DNA of 64,000 nt from an uncultured Gemmatimonadaceae bacterium (GCA_963829055.1 CAWHHI010000020.1:704001-768000), one strand, 5' to 3'; counted from the first letter of the stretch, positions 31,852 through 44,500 are shown. Translations and numbers: made by a program. The notes: generated from the letters alone by a model not told the origin.

Positions 31852-34800
31852 TTACGGAATGCCCGCTGGCGCCTGCGGACTCTCCGGAATCCCCGGCACC
31901 GACTCCATCTTCTTCTGCCGCGGCCAGATCTCATCGAGCGTGTTGCCGTCGTAGAGCCGGCCGTTCTTCATCACGTAGCGAACCGTGTTCGAGTTGCGGA
32001 TGTTCTCGAGCGGGTTCGCATCGAGCACGACGAGATCCGCGAGCTTGCCCGCCTCGATCGATCCGAGGTCCGTGCCGAGCCCGATCGCCTCGGCCCCGAA
32101 GATCGTCGCGCAGCGCAGCGCGTCATGGTTCGACATGCCGCCGCTCTGCACCATCCACAGCTCCCAGTGGTAGCCGAGTCCCTGGAGCTGGCCGTGGCTG
32201 CCGACGCCGATGCGCCCGCCGGCTTTCACGATCTCGTTCGCGATCTTCGCTTCCTCGACGAACGGATACTCCTCCTTCATGAACCAGCCGCCGGAGTTGC
32301 CGCCACCGGGGAACGTGCTGCGCACGCGACGACGTGTTGCCGCAGCGAGCGTCTCGTACGGCGTGAAGCGGCGCAGCTTCGCGTCGCCGTAGACGTTCTC
32401 GGTCGTGTAGAAGTAGTTCTCGCCCCACGGGCCGCCGTAGGAGACGATGAACGTCGGCGTGTATGTGATGCCGCTCTCGGCGAACAGCTTCACGACGTCC
32501 TTGTACAGCGGGAAGATCGGCAGCGAGTGCTCCTGACCCGGATACCCATCCATGACCATCGTCAGGTCGTACCGAAAGTCGAGCGCGCCTTCGGTGGTCG
32601 GCATGATCTGCTGCTCCTTCGCGGCCATGATGATCCACTGCCGCTGCTGCCGATTGCCGGCCATGTACATCTTGAGCGTCTTCGTGTCGTAGTACTGGCT
32701 GTAGCGGCGCATGATGCGCCGCGCGTGCTCGAGGTCCTTGATGTCCTCGCCCTGGCCCGGGCACGTAGTTCGAGCCGAACAGCCCGGGGCCGGTCGAGTA
32801 GATGCGCGGACCGACAGCCGAACCGGCCATCGACCGCATCCTCGTACGTCAGCACGTCGGTCGTGCCGGTCTGCGGATCGCGCGTTGTCGTCACGCCGTA
32901 CGCGAGGTTCGCGAGATACGACCACGGCTGCTGGTGCACGCCCTGAGTCAGGCGCAGATGCGCATGCGTGTCCACGAAGCCGGGGACGATCGTCTTGCCC
33001 GTCGCGTCGATCTCGCGGGCGCCGTTCGGCACCTGCACCGTGCCCGCCGCTCCAACGGCGACGATGCGATTGTTGCGGACGACGATGTCCCCGCGCTCGA
33101 TGACCTCGTTGCCCTTCATCGTGACGACGCGCGCGTTGCGGAAGACGGACGACGCCCTCGGGAGTGTCGCGCCGCGACTTGAGGACGATGCGCGTCTCGG
33201 TCGGTTGATAGCCGCGCGGATTTCCGGCCGGGCCGGTGCCGCGCTGCGTCGTGTCCGGTCGCGCCGCCGCGGCGCCCGTCGTGTCACCTCGAGCGCGCCG
33301 AGCGGCGGCGACTGAGTCGTCGAACTGACGGGCGCGGTCGAGATCGTATACGAAGTGCGAGTTGCCGATCGACCAGTGGACGCGTTTGCCGTCAGCGCTC
33401 CAGCTCGGGAACTGCGCGCCGACGTCCGTCAGCTTCCTGGCCGGAAACTCGGCCGCCGTGGGATCGGCGAGCGAGATGGACGGTGCCTCGCCGGTGAACG
33501 GAACGGGCACGACGTAGAGGTCGTTCGAGATCTGCGCGAGTGCCTGATCGCCCGCGGGTGCCATCTCGACGACCGCCGCCGGCGCGCCAGCAGGACCACC
33601 GGGCGCGGGCTCCGGGAAGCGGGCGCCCGTCACGCGCAGGTGCGTGCGCGGGTCGCTGCCGTCCCAGCGTATCGACACCAGGCCTTCCCCCTGGCCGTAC
33701 ATGAAGATGCGCGTCGTGTCCTTCGTGAAGTGCGGACCGCTCCTGCCTAACGCGCTGGCGATGAACGTCGCCTTGCCGCCGGTGGCGGGAACCCAGATCA
33801 GCTCCGCGGCGCCGGAGAAGCCGCCGGACTCGCGAACGGTTTGGGCGGGACTGCGCAGCGCGACGACGCGCTTGCCGTCCGGCGACCACGTCGGCTGGAC
33901 GTAGAGCGCGTTGCCGGTGGTGAGCTGCACCGGCTTTCCGCCGGCGGCCGCAACCTTATAGAGGCTGCCGCCGTCGCGCGTCCACGTCACGAACGCGATC
34001 GACTGACCGTCGGGGGACCATGCGGGTTGTGCGTCGTTGCCGGTCAGGTCGGTGAGGCGACGCGGCGTGCCGGACGGGATAGTCCATCACGTACAGCTTG
34101 TCCATCGCGACGAAGGCGAGCCGCTTGCCGTCCGGCGACGGCACGGCGTCGCGGATCTGCCTAACGGTGAACTCCGGTGCGTCCTCGACCTTGTAGTTGA
34201 ACGCCAGCTTCGGACCAATGCCGATCTGCGTTCGCACGTGGAACGGAATGTTGACGCCGCGCAGGACGGGTCCGGTCGAGCGTCGCGCGCGGCGCCGCCG
34301 GCGGCCTGTGCCGTCGCGCACGTCGCGGGGACGCGCCAGATCTTGCCGCCGTACGAGACGATGATCGCCTTGGAGTCCGGCGTGAACGAGTAGCCCGGCA
34401 GTACATCGAGCGACGCGACAGATTCCTGCTCGTCGCGCTGCACGGGATACGCGAGCCAGCGCTCTTCGCTCGTCTCGAGATCGCGGATGCGAAGCCCGTC
34501 TGCGTCTCATAACGCGAGCCGTAGACGAGGTACTTCCCGTCCGGCGACAGCGCGGGGCGGAATGCCGAGCCGTAGAGATTCGCGCGCGTCTCGCGACGTC
34601 CAGTCTGCCGGTCGAACGTCATGATCTGATACTGCGGCAGGCCGGCGTTGTACTCCCATGCGGCGGAGCGCTGCGCGAACCAGATGTAGCGCTCGTCCTT
34701 GCCGAACGCGGCGCCGAGTGTGCTGACCGGGAACGCGCCGGCGAGCATGGGCTGCGGATCACGGATGAGCTGCGTGCCGGCGCCCGCGTCCTTGTGGACC

Positions 34801-35311
34801 ATCGATCAGCTTGGACGGTCCAATCGGGCTCTGCGCGCGCGCGACGACGATGTAGTTGCCGTCGGGCGTCCACTCGGGAGAGCGATAGCGATTGTTCTTG
34901 CCGCGCGTGATCTGCTTCGGTCTGCTTGGTCGCGACGTCGATGGTCCAGACGTTGTCGCCGCCGTCGCGATCGGACGTGAAGACGACGAGCTTGCCGTCG
35001 GGACTGAAGCGTGGCTGCGCGTCGAACTGCATGCCGCTCGTCAGTGCAGCGGCCTCTCCGCCCGTGCTGGGCATGGTGTAGAGGTCGCCGAGGAGATCGA
35101 AGACGATCGTCTTGCCGTCGGGGGAGACGTCGACGGAGAGCCAGGACCCTTCGTCGGTGTCGATGCTGATGTTTCGCGCGGGGTCGAGCGCGAGGTCGCG
35201 GCCGCGCGGCGGTTGGGCTGCCGGAGCGGCGGCGGTGCGGGCGGAGTCTTGCGCGGATGCCGGGGACGCCACAGCGAGCGCGAGTGACGCGAGAACGACG
35301 CGGGAGAGCAT
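31852..35311 (-). CDS. PD40/TolB beta-propeller + amidohydrolase fusion (frameshifted)
   Basis: SVDVSPDGKTIVFDLLGDLY, repeated SPDG, PGFVDTHAH, GSHGQLQGLGYHWELW, GKLADLV. Confidence 0.9.
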
Positions 35312-35395
35312 AACCACCTCGGAGGAAGCGCGTGTGGGCTCCCAAGATGGTCGTTGGTCGCGGGTGGTGGAAGAAGCAGGCGTGCGGAACCTATT

Positions 35396-35412
35396 GCTCC
35401 CATATTGGGAGC
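35396..35412. promoter_or_regulatory. Candidate HigA operator GCTCCCA-TAT-TGGGAGC
   Basis: 7-bp inverted repeat 15 bp before higB; partial copy GCTCCCAAGATGG at 35338. Confidence 0.6.
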
Positions 35413-35427
35413 GGTGTACGCTTCGTC

Positions 35428-35730
35428 ATGCGGGTGATCGCCAAGCGTACGCTCAGAGAATTCTGGGAGCGACACCCCAGGAACGCGGCAGCGAAGACGC
35501 CGCTGCAGGATTGGTACGCCCAGGCGTCAGCGGCTGATTGGGCTACGCCGGCAGCTGTCAAAGCCCAATTTGGCGATGCTTCGATTCTTCGCGCGGGCCG
35601 GGTCGTCTTCAATGTTGCCGGCAACAAGTACCGCCTCGTTGTGAAGATCAACTACCCGTACCGGGTCGTCTACGTGCGTTTCGTCGGAACGCACGAGGAG
35701 TACGATCGGATAGACGCCAACACGGTCTAG
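35428..35730 (+). CDS. higB: Type II toxin HigB (RelE-like mRNA interferase)
   Basis: MRVIAKRTLREFWERH...VFNVAGNKYRLVV...FVGTHEEYD. Confidence 0.9.
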   Translation: MRVIAKRTLREFWERHPRNAAAKTPLQDWYAQASAADWATPAAVKAQFGDASILRAGRVVFNVAGNKYRLVVKINYPYRVVYVRFVGTHEEYDRIDANTV

Positions 35731-35756
35731 TCGCGTCTGCGACGTACAGGAGCCCT

Positions 35757-36185
35757 ATGAAGATTGCGCCGATCAAATCAGAGTTGGACTACGATGCCGC
35801 GCTCGCGGAGATCGATCGACTCATGGATGCCGAGCCGAACACATTGCGCGGCGACCGCCTCGATGTGCTCGTCACGCTCGTCGAAGCGTACGAGGCGAAG
35901 CGATGGGTGATCGACCCCCCGGACCCGATCGACGCAATCAAGCTCCGCATGGAACAGCGCGGGCTCACTCGACGCGACCTGCAGCGCATCCTGGGCTCAC
36001 GCGGCCGTGTTTCGGAGATTCTGAACCGCCGGCGGGCGCTCAGCGTCGAGATGATGCGCCGGTTGCATCAGGAACTGGCGATTCCCGCGGAGAGCTTCCT
36101 TCGGGTTCCGTCGGCGCCGGTCGGCGCCAAGCGCGGGCGAATCGCGCGTGGCACGAAGGGCTCAGCGAAGCGCGTGCGGCGGTAG
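35757..36185 (+). CDS. higA: Antitoxin HigA (HTH)
   Basis: IAPIKSELDYDAAL...LVEAYE...DPIDAIKLRMEQRGL...SEILNRRRALS. Confidence 0.9.
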   Translation: MKIAPIKSELDYDAALAEIDRLMDAEPNTLRGDRLDVLVTLVEAYEAKRWVIDPPDPIDAIKLRMEQRGLTRRDLQRILGSRGRVSEILNRRRALSVEMMRRLHQELAIPAESFLRVPSAPVGAKRGRIARGTKGSAKRVRR

Positions 36186-36204
36186 AAGCGACGGAGGCGA
36201 GCAC

Positions 36205-37581
36205 CTAACGGCTCTCCGCCACTCGCCGACCGGGCACTCGGCTCGCCACGAACGACCGGATCTCCCGCACCATCAGGTCGTTCAACTTCTCGACCTGATA
36301 CCCCGTGATGTCCGGCTCCTCGTGCGAGTCGCCCACGCCGGAATCATCGGTGAGGAAGACGTACTTCCCACCCGTCATCACCGCCATCGCGCGGAACAGA
36401 AACTCCGTCGGCTTGTCCACGCCGCTCGCGGCGACGGGGAAGATCGCGACGCCCTTCGCGGCGGCATCCTCGATGGCTTCGTGATACGTGTAGTCGGCGC
36501 CGGCGTAGCGCTGCGGCGGCGCGTCCGCGAGCAGGAACAGCATCTGAGGAATCGCGTCACGCGACCAGCTCTGTCGCATCATCGCCTCGAGGCCGGCATT
36601 CATGTCTTCGGGATAGTCGCCACCACCGCCCGCCGCCGTGCCCGCGATGAACGACACCGCGTCGTCCACGCTGCGCGTGAATGGCAGGGACTTCGTGATG
36701 AAGTCATCACCGCGGTCGCGGTAGAACACGACGGACAATCGAATGTCGAGATCGGGCTCGGTCCCGCGCACTCGGCGCACGATGTCCTTGATCTCGCTCT
36801 GCAGGAACGTCATCTCGTCGCCCATCGAGCCGGTGGCGTCGACGAGAAATCCAATGTCGACCGCCCGGCGCGGCGAACGGGCGCGCGACTCACGCGCTGG
36901 TCGAATGTTGGTCTGGCCAACATTCAGGTCCCACGGGTTCCAGGAGTTCTGACGCGCACGCTCGAGGAAGCGCGTGTACTGCGGCCAGTGCTGCGCGTCA
37001 TCCCAGACCGCCGCCGTCAGCACGCCCGGAGCCGGATCCTGACGCACGCCGCTGGCCCGACCGGCGTGACCACCGTCGCGACGCGTCTTGCTCATCAGCG
37101 CGGCAGTCGGCGCGCTCGGCGCATAAGAGTCGGACGCGGCTGCCGCGTCACGACGCGCCACGACGTCCGTCGCCCGCTTTCGCGAGACGTCTGGGGCGCC
37201 CCTATCGGTCGTGGTCGCGGTACCGGTGACGACCACACTCTCGAGGTGCAGCGTCGCCGGCTCGAGCACGAAGTCCACGGTGATGGCCTCTCCGCGAATC
37301 GCGATCCGGCGCTCCGTCCGCTGGAACCCAATGCTCCGAGCGACGACGGTCACCGAGTCCGGCTTGTCAGGCACGCCTCGCGGGATCTCGAACCGATAGC
37401 GGCCGTTGTCGTTGGTCTGAGCACTGAGCTTCGTGCCCACGACCTGGATCACGGCGCCTTGAAGCGGGCGCCCGCGCTCGACGCGCACGGTACCGGTGAT
37501 GACGGTCTGAGACAGCGCTGGAGCTGTAGTGAAACCGAGCAGCGCGAGTGCGCCGAAGCGACGCACGAGATTCGCGGACAT
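36205..37581 (-). CDS. Secreted carboxypeptidase-regulatory-like + VWA domain protein
   Basis: Signal peptide, ITGTV..., VVVTG, MIDAS motif DATGSM, GGGDYPE, LADAPP. Confidence 0.8.
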   Translation of the reverse strand: MSANLVRRFGALALLGFTTAPALSQTVITGTVRVERGRPLQGAVIQVVGTKLSAQTNDNGRYRFEIPRGVPDKPDSVTVVARSIGFQRTERRIAIRGEAITVDFVLEPATLHLESVVVTGTATTTDRGAPDVSRKRATDVVARRDAAAASDSYAPSAPTAALMSKTRRDGGHAGRASGVRQDPAPGVLTAAVWDDAQHWPQYTRFLERARQNSWNPWDLNVGQTNIRPARESRARSPRRAVDIGFLVDATGSMGDEMTFLQSEIKDIVRRVRGTEPDLDIRLSVVFYRDRGDDFITKSLPFTRSVDDAVSFIAGTAAGGGGDYPEDMNAGLEAMMRQSWSRDAIPQMLFLLADAPPQRYAGADYTYHEAIEDAAAKGVAIFPVAASGVDKPTEFLFRAMAVMTGGKYVFLTDDSGVGDSHEEPDITGYQVEKLNDLMVREIRSFVASRVPGRRVAESR

Positions 37582-37934
37582 TGGGGCTCCCCTGGAGTAG
37601 TCACAAGGGAGACGTCACCCGAGCTGCTGCTTGCACAGCCGGCGCTACATCCAGATCAAAGGTACGTCGGGCAATACCCGGGATTATCCGAAATCGCGCA
37701 CGAGGCCTGGCCAGTCACTCAGCACGCCAGCATTGAGTACGAGGTGTCAGGCATCAGTCTCCGAGCCCAGTCGGCAGTCCGCCGCGACCCGAGCTTGATC
37801 CCACGCGCGACGGAGCCGGCGGATACGGGACCTGATGCCTGACACCTGCTGCTGAGCAGTCGCTGACGCACTTGGTACTGGCCATGCCGCCGCCGGACGC
37901 CTTGAACGTTCTCGGCACGAGCCGCTGCCGAGCT

Positions 37935-38466
37935 TCACGCGCGCGCGGGCCGCCGTCTCGTCACCAGGTTCAGGATCCCTCCGACGACTCGCAACCGCGA
38001 GCACTCCCCACGTGATCGCTGGCGTCCATGTGGCCGTGATGCCGAGCAATGCGTCGAGTGAGTAGGGGCCGAACCCTGTGAGCGCCAGCCCGAACGCGCC
38101 CGTCGCGTACAGCAGCGGCAGCTCGATCCCGTTCGAGGTCGCGAACAGGCCATGCTCCCAGTGCACGCTGATCGCCGCGACGAGCATCACGGAGATCATG
38201 ACCGCCGGTCCGACCGGCCCGAGGAAACCCAGCGCGATGAGAAGCCCGCTCCCGAGCTCGCCGATCGATGCTATCGACGCGAATGCCCGACCGGGGCGAA
38301 AGCCGAGCTGCACGAAGAACTCGCCGGTCGTGTGAAGCCCGTAGCCGCCGAACCAGCCGAAGAGCTTCTGAGTACCGTGTGCCGCCATGAGTAAGCCAAG
38401 CACCAACCGCGCGATCAGCAGTCCAATGCCGGCCATCCGAGGGTCGGCCGCAAACGATGTATCCAT
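37935..38466 (-). CDS. DoxX family membrane protein (3' frameshift)
   Basis: RLVLGLLMAAHGTQKLFGWFGGYG...GIELPL...GPYSLD. Confidence 0.85.
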
Positions 38467-38524
38467 AAGAACACTTCCTCCTCCGACTGTTTGCACGCGG
38501 GCTTTGGTACCTTTTGCGGCCCAG

Positions 38525-38539
38525 GTTACGTTCCGTAAC
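38525..38539. promoter_or_regulatory. Candidate HxlR-family operator GTTAC-N5-GTAAC
   Basis: Palindrome in the divergent doxX/hxlR intergenic region. Confidence 0.5.
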
Positions 38540-38613
38540 TACCGCAAGCTATGATCGCCAGTCGGCCGCGAAAAGAACGCACCGGAACGTGCCTCAGTGA
38601 CGTCGGAGTAACC

Positions 38614-39036
38614 ATGACGCCGGAAACCGAACGCACCGCCACCAACTGCCGCGCGCGCGAGATGCTCGTCCGCGTCGCCGACAAGTGGTCGATGTACGTC
38701 ATCCACGTTCTCGCGCACGAGGGCCCGCTCCGGTTCAGCGACCTGCGCCGTCGCGTGGATGGCGTGAGCCAGCGCATGCTCACCGTCACGCTGCGCGGAC
38801 TGGAGCGCGACGGCCTGGTCAGCCGCACCATGTATCCGGAGATGCCGCCCCGCGTCGAGTACGCGCTCACGCCGTTAGGCGCGACGCTCCGCGAGATCGT
38901 GCGCGCGCTGATCGACTGGTCCGGCGCACACCTGGCGGAGGTCGACGCGGCGCGGGCCCGCTACGACTCGCAGGAGAAGCAGTGGGCGACGACCGACGAG
39001 CGGGCGATGCGCGGAGTGCCGTCAGGCCGTGCCTGA
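38614..39036 (+). CDS. HxlR family winged-helix regulator
   Basis: N-terminal Cys, DKWS, LRFSDL, VSQRMLTVTLRGLERDGLV, PPRVEYALT. Confidence 0.9.
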   Translation: MTPETERTATNCRAREMLVRVADKWSMYVIHVLAHEGPLRFSDLRRRVDGVSQRMLTVTLRGLERDGLVSRTMYPEMPPRVEYALTPLGATLREIVRALIDWSGAHLAEVDAARARYDSQEKQWATTDERAMRGVPSGRA

Positions 39037-39049
39037 TGGGCGACGACGC

Positions 39050-41466
39050 CTAACGGGCGGCATCACCAGCCCGAACGCGACGACCAACAGCGACAGCGAT
39101 GGTCACGAGGCGTCCGCGCGCGTACGCACGGCCCGCGTACTGGACGACGAGCTCCCGCGCCCCAGCGGGAACCGGCACCGTGATCAGCGTCCCGTCGCCG
39201 CGCAGCACAGGCGCCGGGCGCCCGTCCACCATAGCGAGCCACTCGGAGTCCCAGTTCTCGCTCACGAGTACGTAGCCGGCCGATGGCGTGCCACTGCCTA
39301 ACCGCATTCGCATCGCACCGGGCTTCCAGTCCGCGAACGTGACCGCGAGATCAGACGCGGGCGGGAGCGGATTCGGGATGGCGCCCGGCGCCATCCCGGC
39401 CACCGTATCGAGTAAGACCAACCGATTCACGTCGAACCGCTGATCGAGTACAGTCGCCGGCGTCTGCGCCGGGGACGTCGGCGCCGCGGCCGCGGTGATG
39501 AACCGCGCGTACGGGATGGGTTGCACCCGCTCGAAGAGCGCCGCCGGCGCGCCCGACGAGGCCGACACGTTCGACAGCGTCTTCCGAAATCCGGGAAGCG
39601 AGTCCGGCACGGCGGCGTTCTGCACGATGAGATAGTTGACCGCGAACAGGTTCAGGATCTGCGGGTCACCCGCGCGCGCAAACGTTAGGCTCGAGCCCTG
39701 CCGCTCGTTCAGCACGTCGAATGCGTGCGGCTCGTTGCCGTGATGACCGTAGAGTTGCGAGATGTCATCAGCCATGAGCGCTGCGCCCGGATACACCGAG
39801 GGCACACCATTGTAGTCCACGTCCCACACGCGAAACGGCCGCGCGACGCTACGCAGTCGTGCCTTGATCGCGTCGCCGCCAAACAGCTCGTCCTGCACGT
39901 TGCTGTAGTTCCAGAACGCACGCGCGTTGAGCCAGAGGTCGGTGCCGACGATCGCGATGAGTGCCATGCCCCACACGCCAGCGCCGATCTTCCCGCGCTG
40001 TCGCGCCAGCGCGAGCCCGCCAACCACCGCGAGCGCGAGCCCCGCGAACAGCGCGCTCCACTGAATGGTCCGAGCGGCCGCCGCCCCCATCGCGCCCCGC
40101 TGCGGCAACCCCATCGCCTCGACCCCTCGACCTAACGATTCGGCGATTGCGCCAAGGACCCCAGTCAGCCCGAAAATGGCGACGAGCAGCCCGGCGACGA
40201 GCGCCGCGGGCACGAACCGCCGTGACGCGCCGGCGGCCACGCGGTCCACACCGAACGCCGCGAACACCGCCGTGACGAACGCGACGATGAACAGCGCCAT
40301 GCCCGGCGCGCGCATCGACTTCGAGAACGGCACGAGCTCCCACCAGAGCCGGAAGAACGGCGTAGCGGAGCCGAGCGCGATGAGCATGAACAGGAGGCCG
40401 ATCCCGCCGAGCCAGAGGATCATCCGCCGTCGCTCCCTGTCGGCCACGCCCGACAGCAGCGAGCGCGACCACGAGCAGGCCGAGATACTCGGAGTGCAGC
40501 TTCAACCCGTTAGGCCCCCAGTAGCTCTCGTTGAACGACTCGCCGGTGAAGCGCGGGATCACGAGCTCCGGCACGTGCGCCCAGGGAAACGCGTACGCCG
40601 CGGACCACTGGAAGTCGTGCAGCACCGACGCGTCGCGCGGCGAGTACGGGATGTAGGCGTAGAACGGCATGTACTGGATGGCGCTCACGCCAACGCCCAG
40701 GACCACCGCTGCCGGCGGCCAGCGCGAGCGCGACGACGCGGTCGCGCGGCGTCCGCGTCGACCCTTCACCGAACACGAGGAAGAGCGTGAATATCCCTGC
40801 CGCGAGCAGCGCGTACTGCGCCATCTGCGGGTGCGGGCTGAGCATGATGAGCCCGACCGCGAGCGCGACCAGCGCGTATCCCTCGACCCGCCTGTCCCGG
40901 ATGCCGAGCGTGAGGCCGAGGAGCGCGAGGGGGAGCATCGTCGTGACGAACAGCTTCCCGTCGTGCCCGGGACTCACGTACGACCCGATGACGCCGGCGA
41001 GCTGGTACGCGAGTCCGCCGACGACTGCGCCTGTCCACGATACGCGCCAACGGCGCAGGAACCAGTACGTGAACAGCCCGGCCAACACGTAGTGCACGAC
41101 GAACCCGAGGTTCATCGCGATGTGCGTCGGCATAACGAGACGCAGCCACGCGGTTGGGTAGAGCACGTCGCCGTTCATGCCGCCGACGAATGGCATGCCG
41201 CCGAAGATCTCGGGATTCCACAGGGGGACGTGGCCGAGCTTCTTCCACCATTCAGCGGCCCACGCGCGGTATGCGTAGCCTGACGAGTACTGGTCGTTGA
41301 ACGGCGACGCGAGGAACGCGCCGGAGAGCATCGGGATCGACAGGATCGCGATCCAGAGCGCGAAGCAGCCCGTGGCGGCGAGCGCGGGATGCCGGGGCTC
41401 GAATGCGGTGCTCGTGGTGCTCGCCGGCGCCTTCTTCGGCGATGCGTGCTTGTTTCGTCGCGGCAT
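39050..41466 (-). CDS. YfhO-like multi-pass membrane protein (GT-C-like; frameshifted)
   Basis: PLWNPEIFGGMPF, LYPT, many TM helices, C-terminal LVSENWDSEWLAMVDG. Confidence 0.75.
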
Positions 41467-41571
41467 CTCTACTCGCAGTTGGCTTTCGACCACTGAGTTC
41501 CGTCCGTAACATACCCGCGCGCCCTCCGCGCTCGGCTCCTGCCCTCTCGGCCTCTTCATACAACTCCGCTC

Positions 41572-44500
41572 ATGCATCGCGTCGTCACTACCGTCTTCGC
41601 ATTCGTCGCTTTCGCCGCGCCTTCGCTCTCGCTGCACGCGCAGACACCCGCGCCGCCAGCGCGTCAGGTCGCCGCGCGCGACCCGATGCAGGAGGGCCTG
41701 CCACTGCGCCCAGGCCGCACGCTCACGTTCACGACGAACGTGGGACAGTGGATGTCGGTGGACGTGTCGCCGGACGGCCAGACGCTGGTGTTCGACTTGT
41801 TAGGCGATCTGTACACAATGCCGATGGCGGGTGGGACGGCGACGCCGCTCACGCGCGGCATGGCGTTCGACGGGCAGCCAAGGTGGTCGCCGGACGGCAA
41901 ACGAATAGTGTTCGTGAGCGACCGCGACGGCGGCTGGAACCTGTGGACCATCTCCGCCGACAAGCGCGACACCGCGCAGGTGACGCGCGGGAAGACGAAC
42001 AACTACTTCTCGCCCGAGTGGACACCGGACGGGAAGTACATCGTCGCGACGCGCGGCACGAAGCTGTGGATGTATCACGCCGACGGCGGCAGCGGACAGC
42101 AGCTCATCCGTCCGCAGCCTGGGCAAGCTGGCGGCGCGCCTGGCGGTCCGGGCGGACCACCGGGCGGCGCCGACAACACTCGGCAGATGGGCGCCGCGTT
42201 CGGCAACGACGGCCGTTGGCTCTGGTACGCGCAGCGCGCCGGCAATTCCGGCTACAACACCGCGATGGGCGACTGGCAGCTCTACGTCTACGATCGCGAG
42301 ACGGGGCGTGCGGTGTCGCGCACGAATCGCTGGGGATCGGCGTTTCGTCCGGCGCTGTCGCCTGACGGAAAGTGGCTCGTGTACGGCACGCGTCACGTGG
42401 ACTCCACGCGCGTCCGCGTGCGCAACCTCGAGACGGGGGACGAGCGCTGGCTCGTGATGAACGCGCAGCGTGACGACATCGAGTCGTCGTCCGCGCTCGA
42501 CACGTACCCGGGCATGTCGTTCACGCCTGACTCGAAGTTCATCGTGACGACGTGGAATGGTCGTCTCTGGAAGACGCCCATCGATGGCAGCGCGCCGCAG
42601 GAGATCCCGTTCCAGGCGAACGTCGTGCAGGCGTTAGGTCCCGAGGTGAAGTTCGAGTACCCGATCGCGGACTCCGCGACGTTCATCGCGAAGCAGATCC
42701 GTGATGCGGTGCCGAGCCCTGACGGGAAGCGGCTCGCGTTCATCGCGATGGATCGCCTGTACGTGATGGACCTGCCGGCGATGCCCGTGGCTGCCGCGGA
42801 CGGCAACAGTGCCGGAGCGCCACGCGGTGCGTCTCCGCAGGCGCCGAGTCCCCAGTCCCCAGTCTCCAGTCCCCGCCGCCTGACCGACATGGACATCGGC
42901 GAGTTCGAGCCGACATGGTCCCCCGACGGGCAGTGGCTCGCGTACACGACGTGGTCCGACACGGGTGGCGGTCACATGTACAAGGCGCGCGTCGACGGCC
43001 GCACGAAGCCACAGCGCCTAACGAAGGCCGCTGCCTACTACGCCGAGCCGGTGTGGGCGCCCGATGGAAAGCGCATCGTGGCGATGCGGGCCGCGAACCG
43101 CGCGTTCAACGAGACGCTCGCGCGCGGGCTCGAGGATGCGGACGACATCGTTGCCATACCGGCCGCCGGTGGTGAAGCAACGCTCATCGCGCCGGCCGGT
43201 GGTCTCGCGAATCCGCATTTCACGAACGACTCGTCGCGCATCTTCCTGTATGGTGGCGGACGGCTGGCGTCGATGCGCTGGGACGGCACCGACGTGAAGT
43301 CGCATCTGCGCGTGGTGGGAGCCCCGGCTCCGGGCGGCGGTGGTGGCCCGGGCGGTGGTCCCGGCGGCGGTGGCCCACCGGCGAGCCTCGTCATCATGGC
43401 TCCGCAGGGCGACCAGGCGATCGCGCTCGTGAGCAGTGACATATATGTCGTGACCGTGCCCGTGTTAGGCGGCACGGAGCCCACGATCACCGTTGGCGGC
43501 GCGCCTGACGCGACGACGTTCCCGGCGCGCAAGCTCACTGACATCGGTGGGCAGTTCCCGGCGTGGTCGCATGACGCGAAGCGCGTGCACTGGTCGATGG
43601 GCAACGCGCACGCGGTCTACGATCTCGAGAGGGCGAAGGCGTTTGATGATTCAGTGAGGAGCAGCGGAAGGCGGACGGAGGAAGGCGGAAGGCGGGACAG
43701 CGACGGCCAACGACTCCACATCACGAGGCGCCAGTGGCGCTACGCCCTCCGCCGTCCGCCCTCCGCCTTCCTACAAGCCCGCCGAATTCCGGGTTCGAGT
43801 GGTCGGCCAGCGCGACATTCCCAAGGGTGTCGCGGTGCTGAGAGGCGCACGCGTCGTGACGATGAAGGGGAACGAAGTCATCGAGAACGCGGACGTCGTC
43901 ATCCGCGACAACCGCATCGCCGCCATCGGCGCGCGCGGTCAGGTGACGGTACCGAACGACGCTCGCATCATCGACGTGGCAGGCAAGACCATCGTGCCGG
44001 GCTTCGTGGACACGCACGCGCATCTCCGGCCGTCGTACGAGCTGCATCGCGGGCAGATCTGGTCGTACGCGGCGAACCTCGCGTACGGCGTGACGACATC
44101 GCGCGATCCACAGACGTTCACGACCGATGTGTTCTCGTACGAGGATCAGTCGATCGCCGGCAACATTCTCTCGCCGCGCATCTACTCCACCGGCCCCGGC
44201 ATCTTTGGCGCCGGCAATCCGAACGGCCAGAACATCCGCAACCTCGAAGATGCGCGCACGGTCGTGAAGCGTTATGCGGACTACTACGACACGAAGACCG
44301 TCAAGCAGTACGGCACGGGCAATCGCGAGGTGCGGCAGTGGTTGATCCAGGCGGCGCGCGAGCACAAGCTCATGCCGACGCTCGAGGGCGGACTCGACTA
44401 CAAGAAGAACATCACGGAGATCGTGGACGGGTACTCGGGGCTCGAGCACACGCTGCCCACGTTCCCGACGCAGCCGGATGCGCTGCGCCTGATGGCGTTC

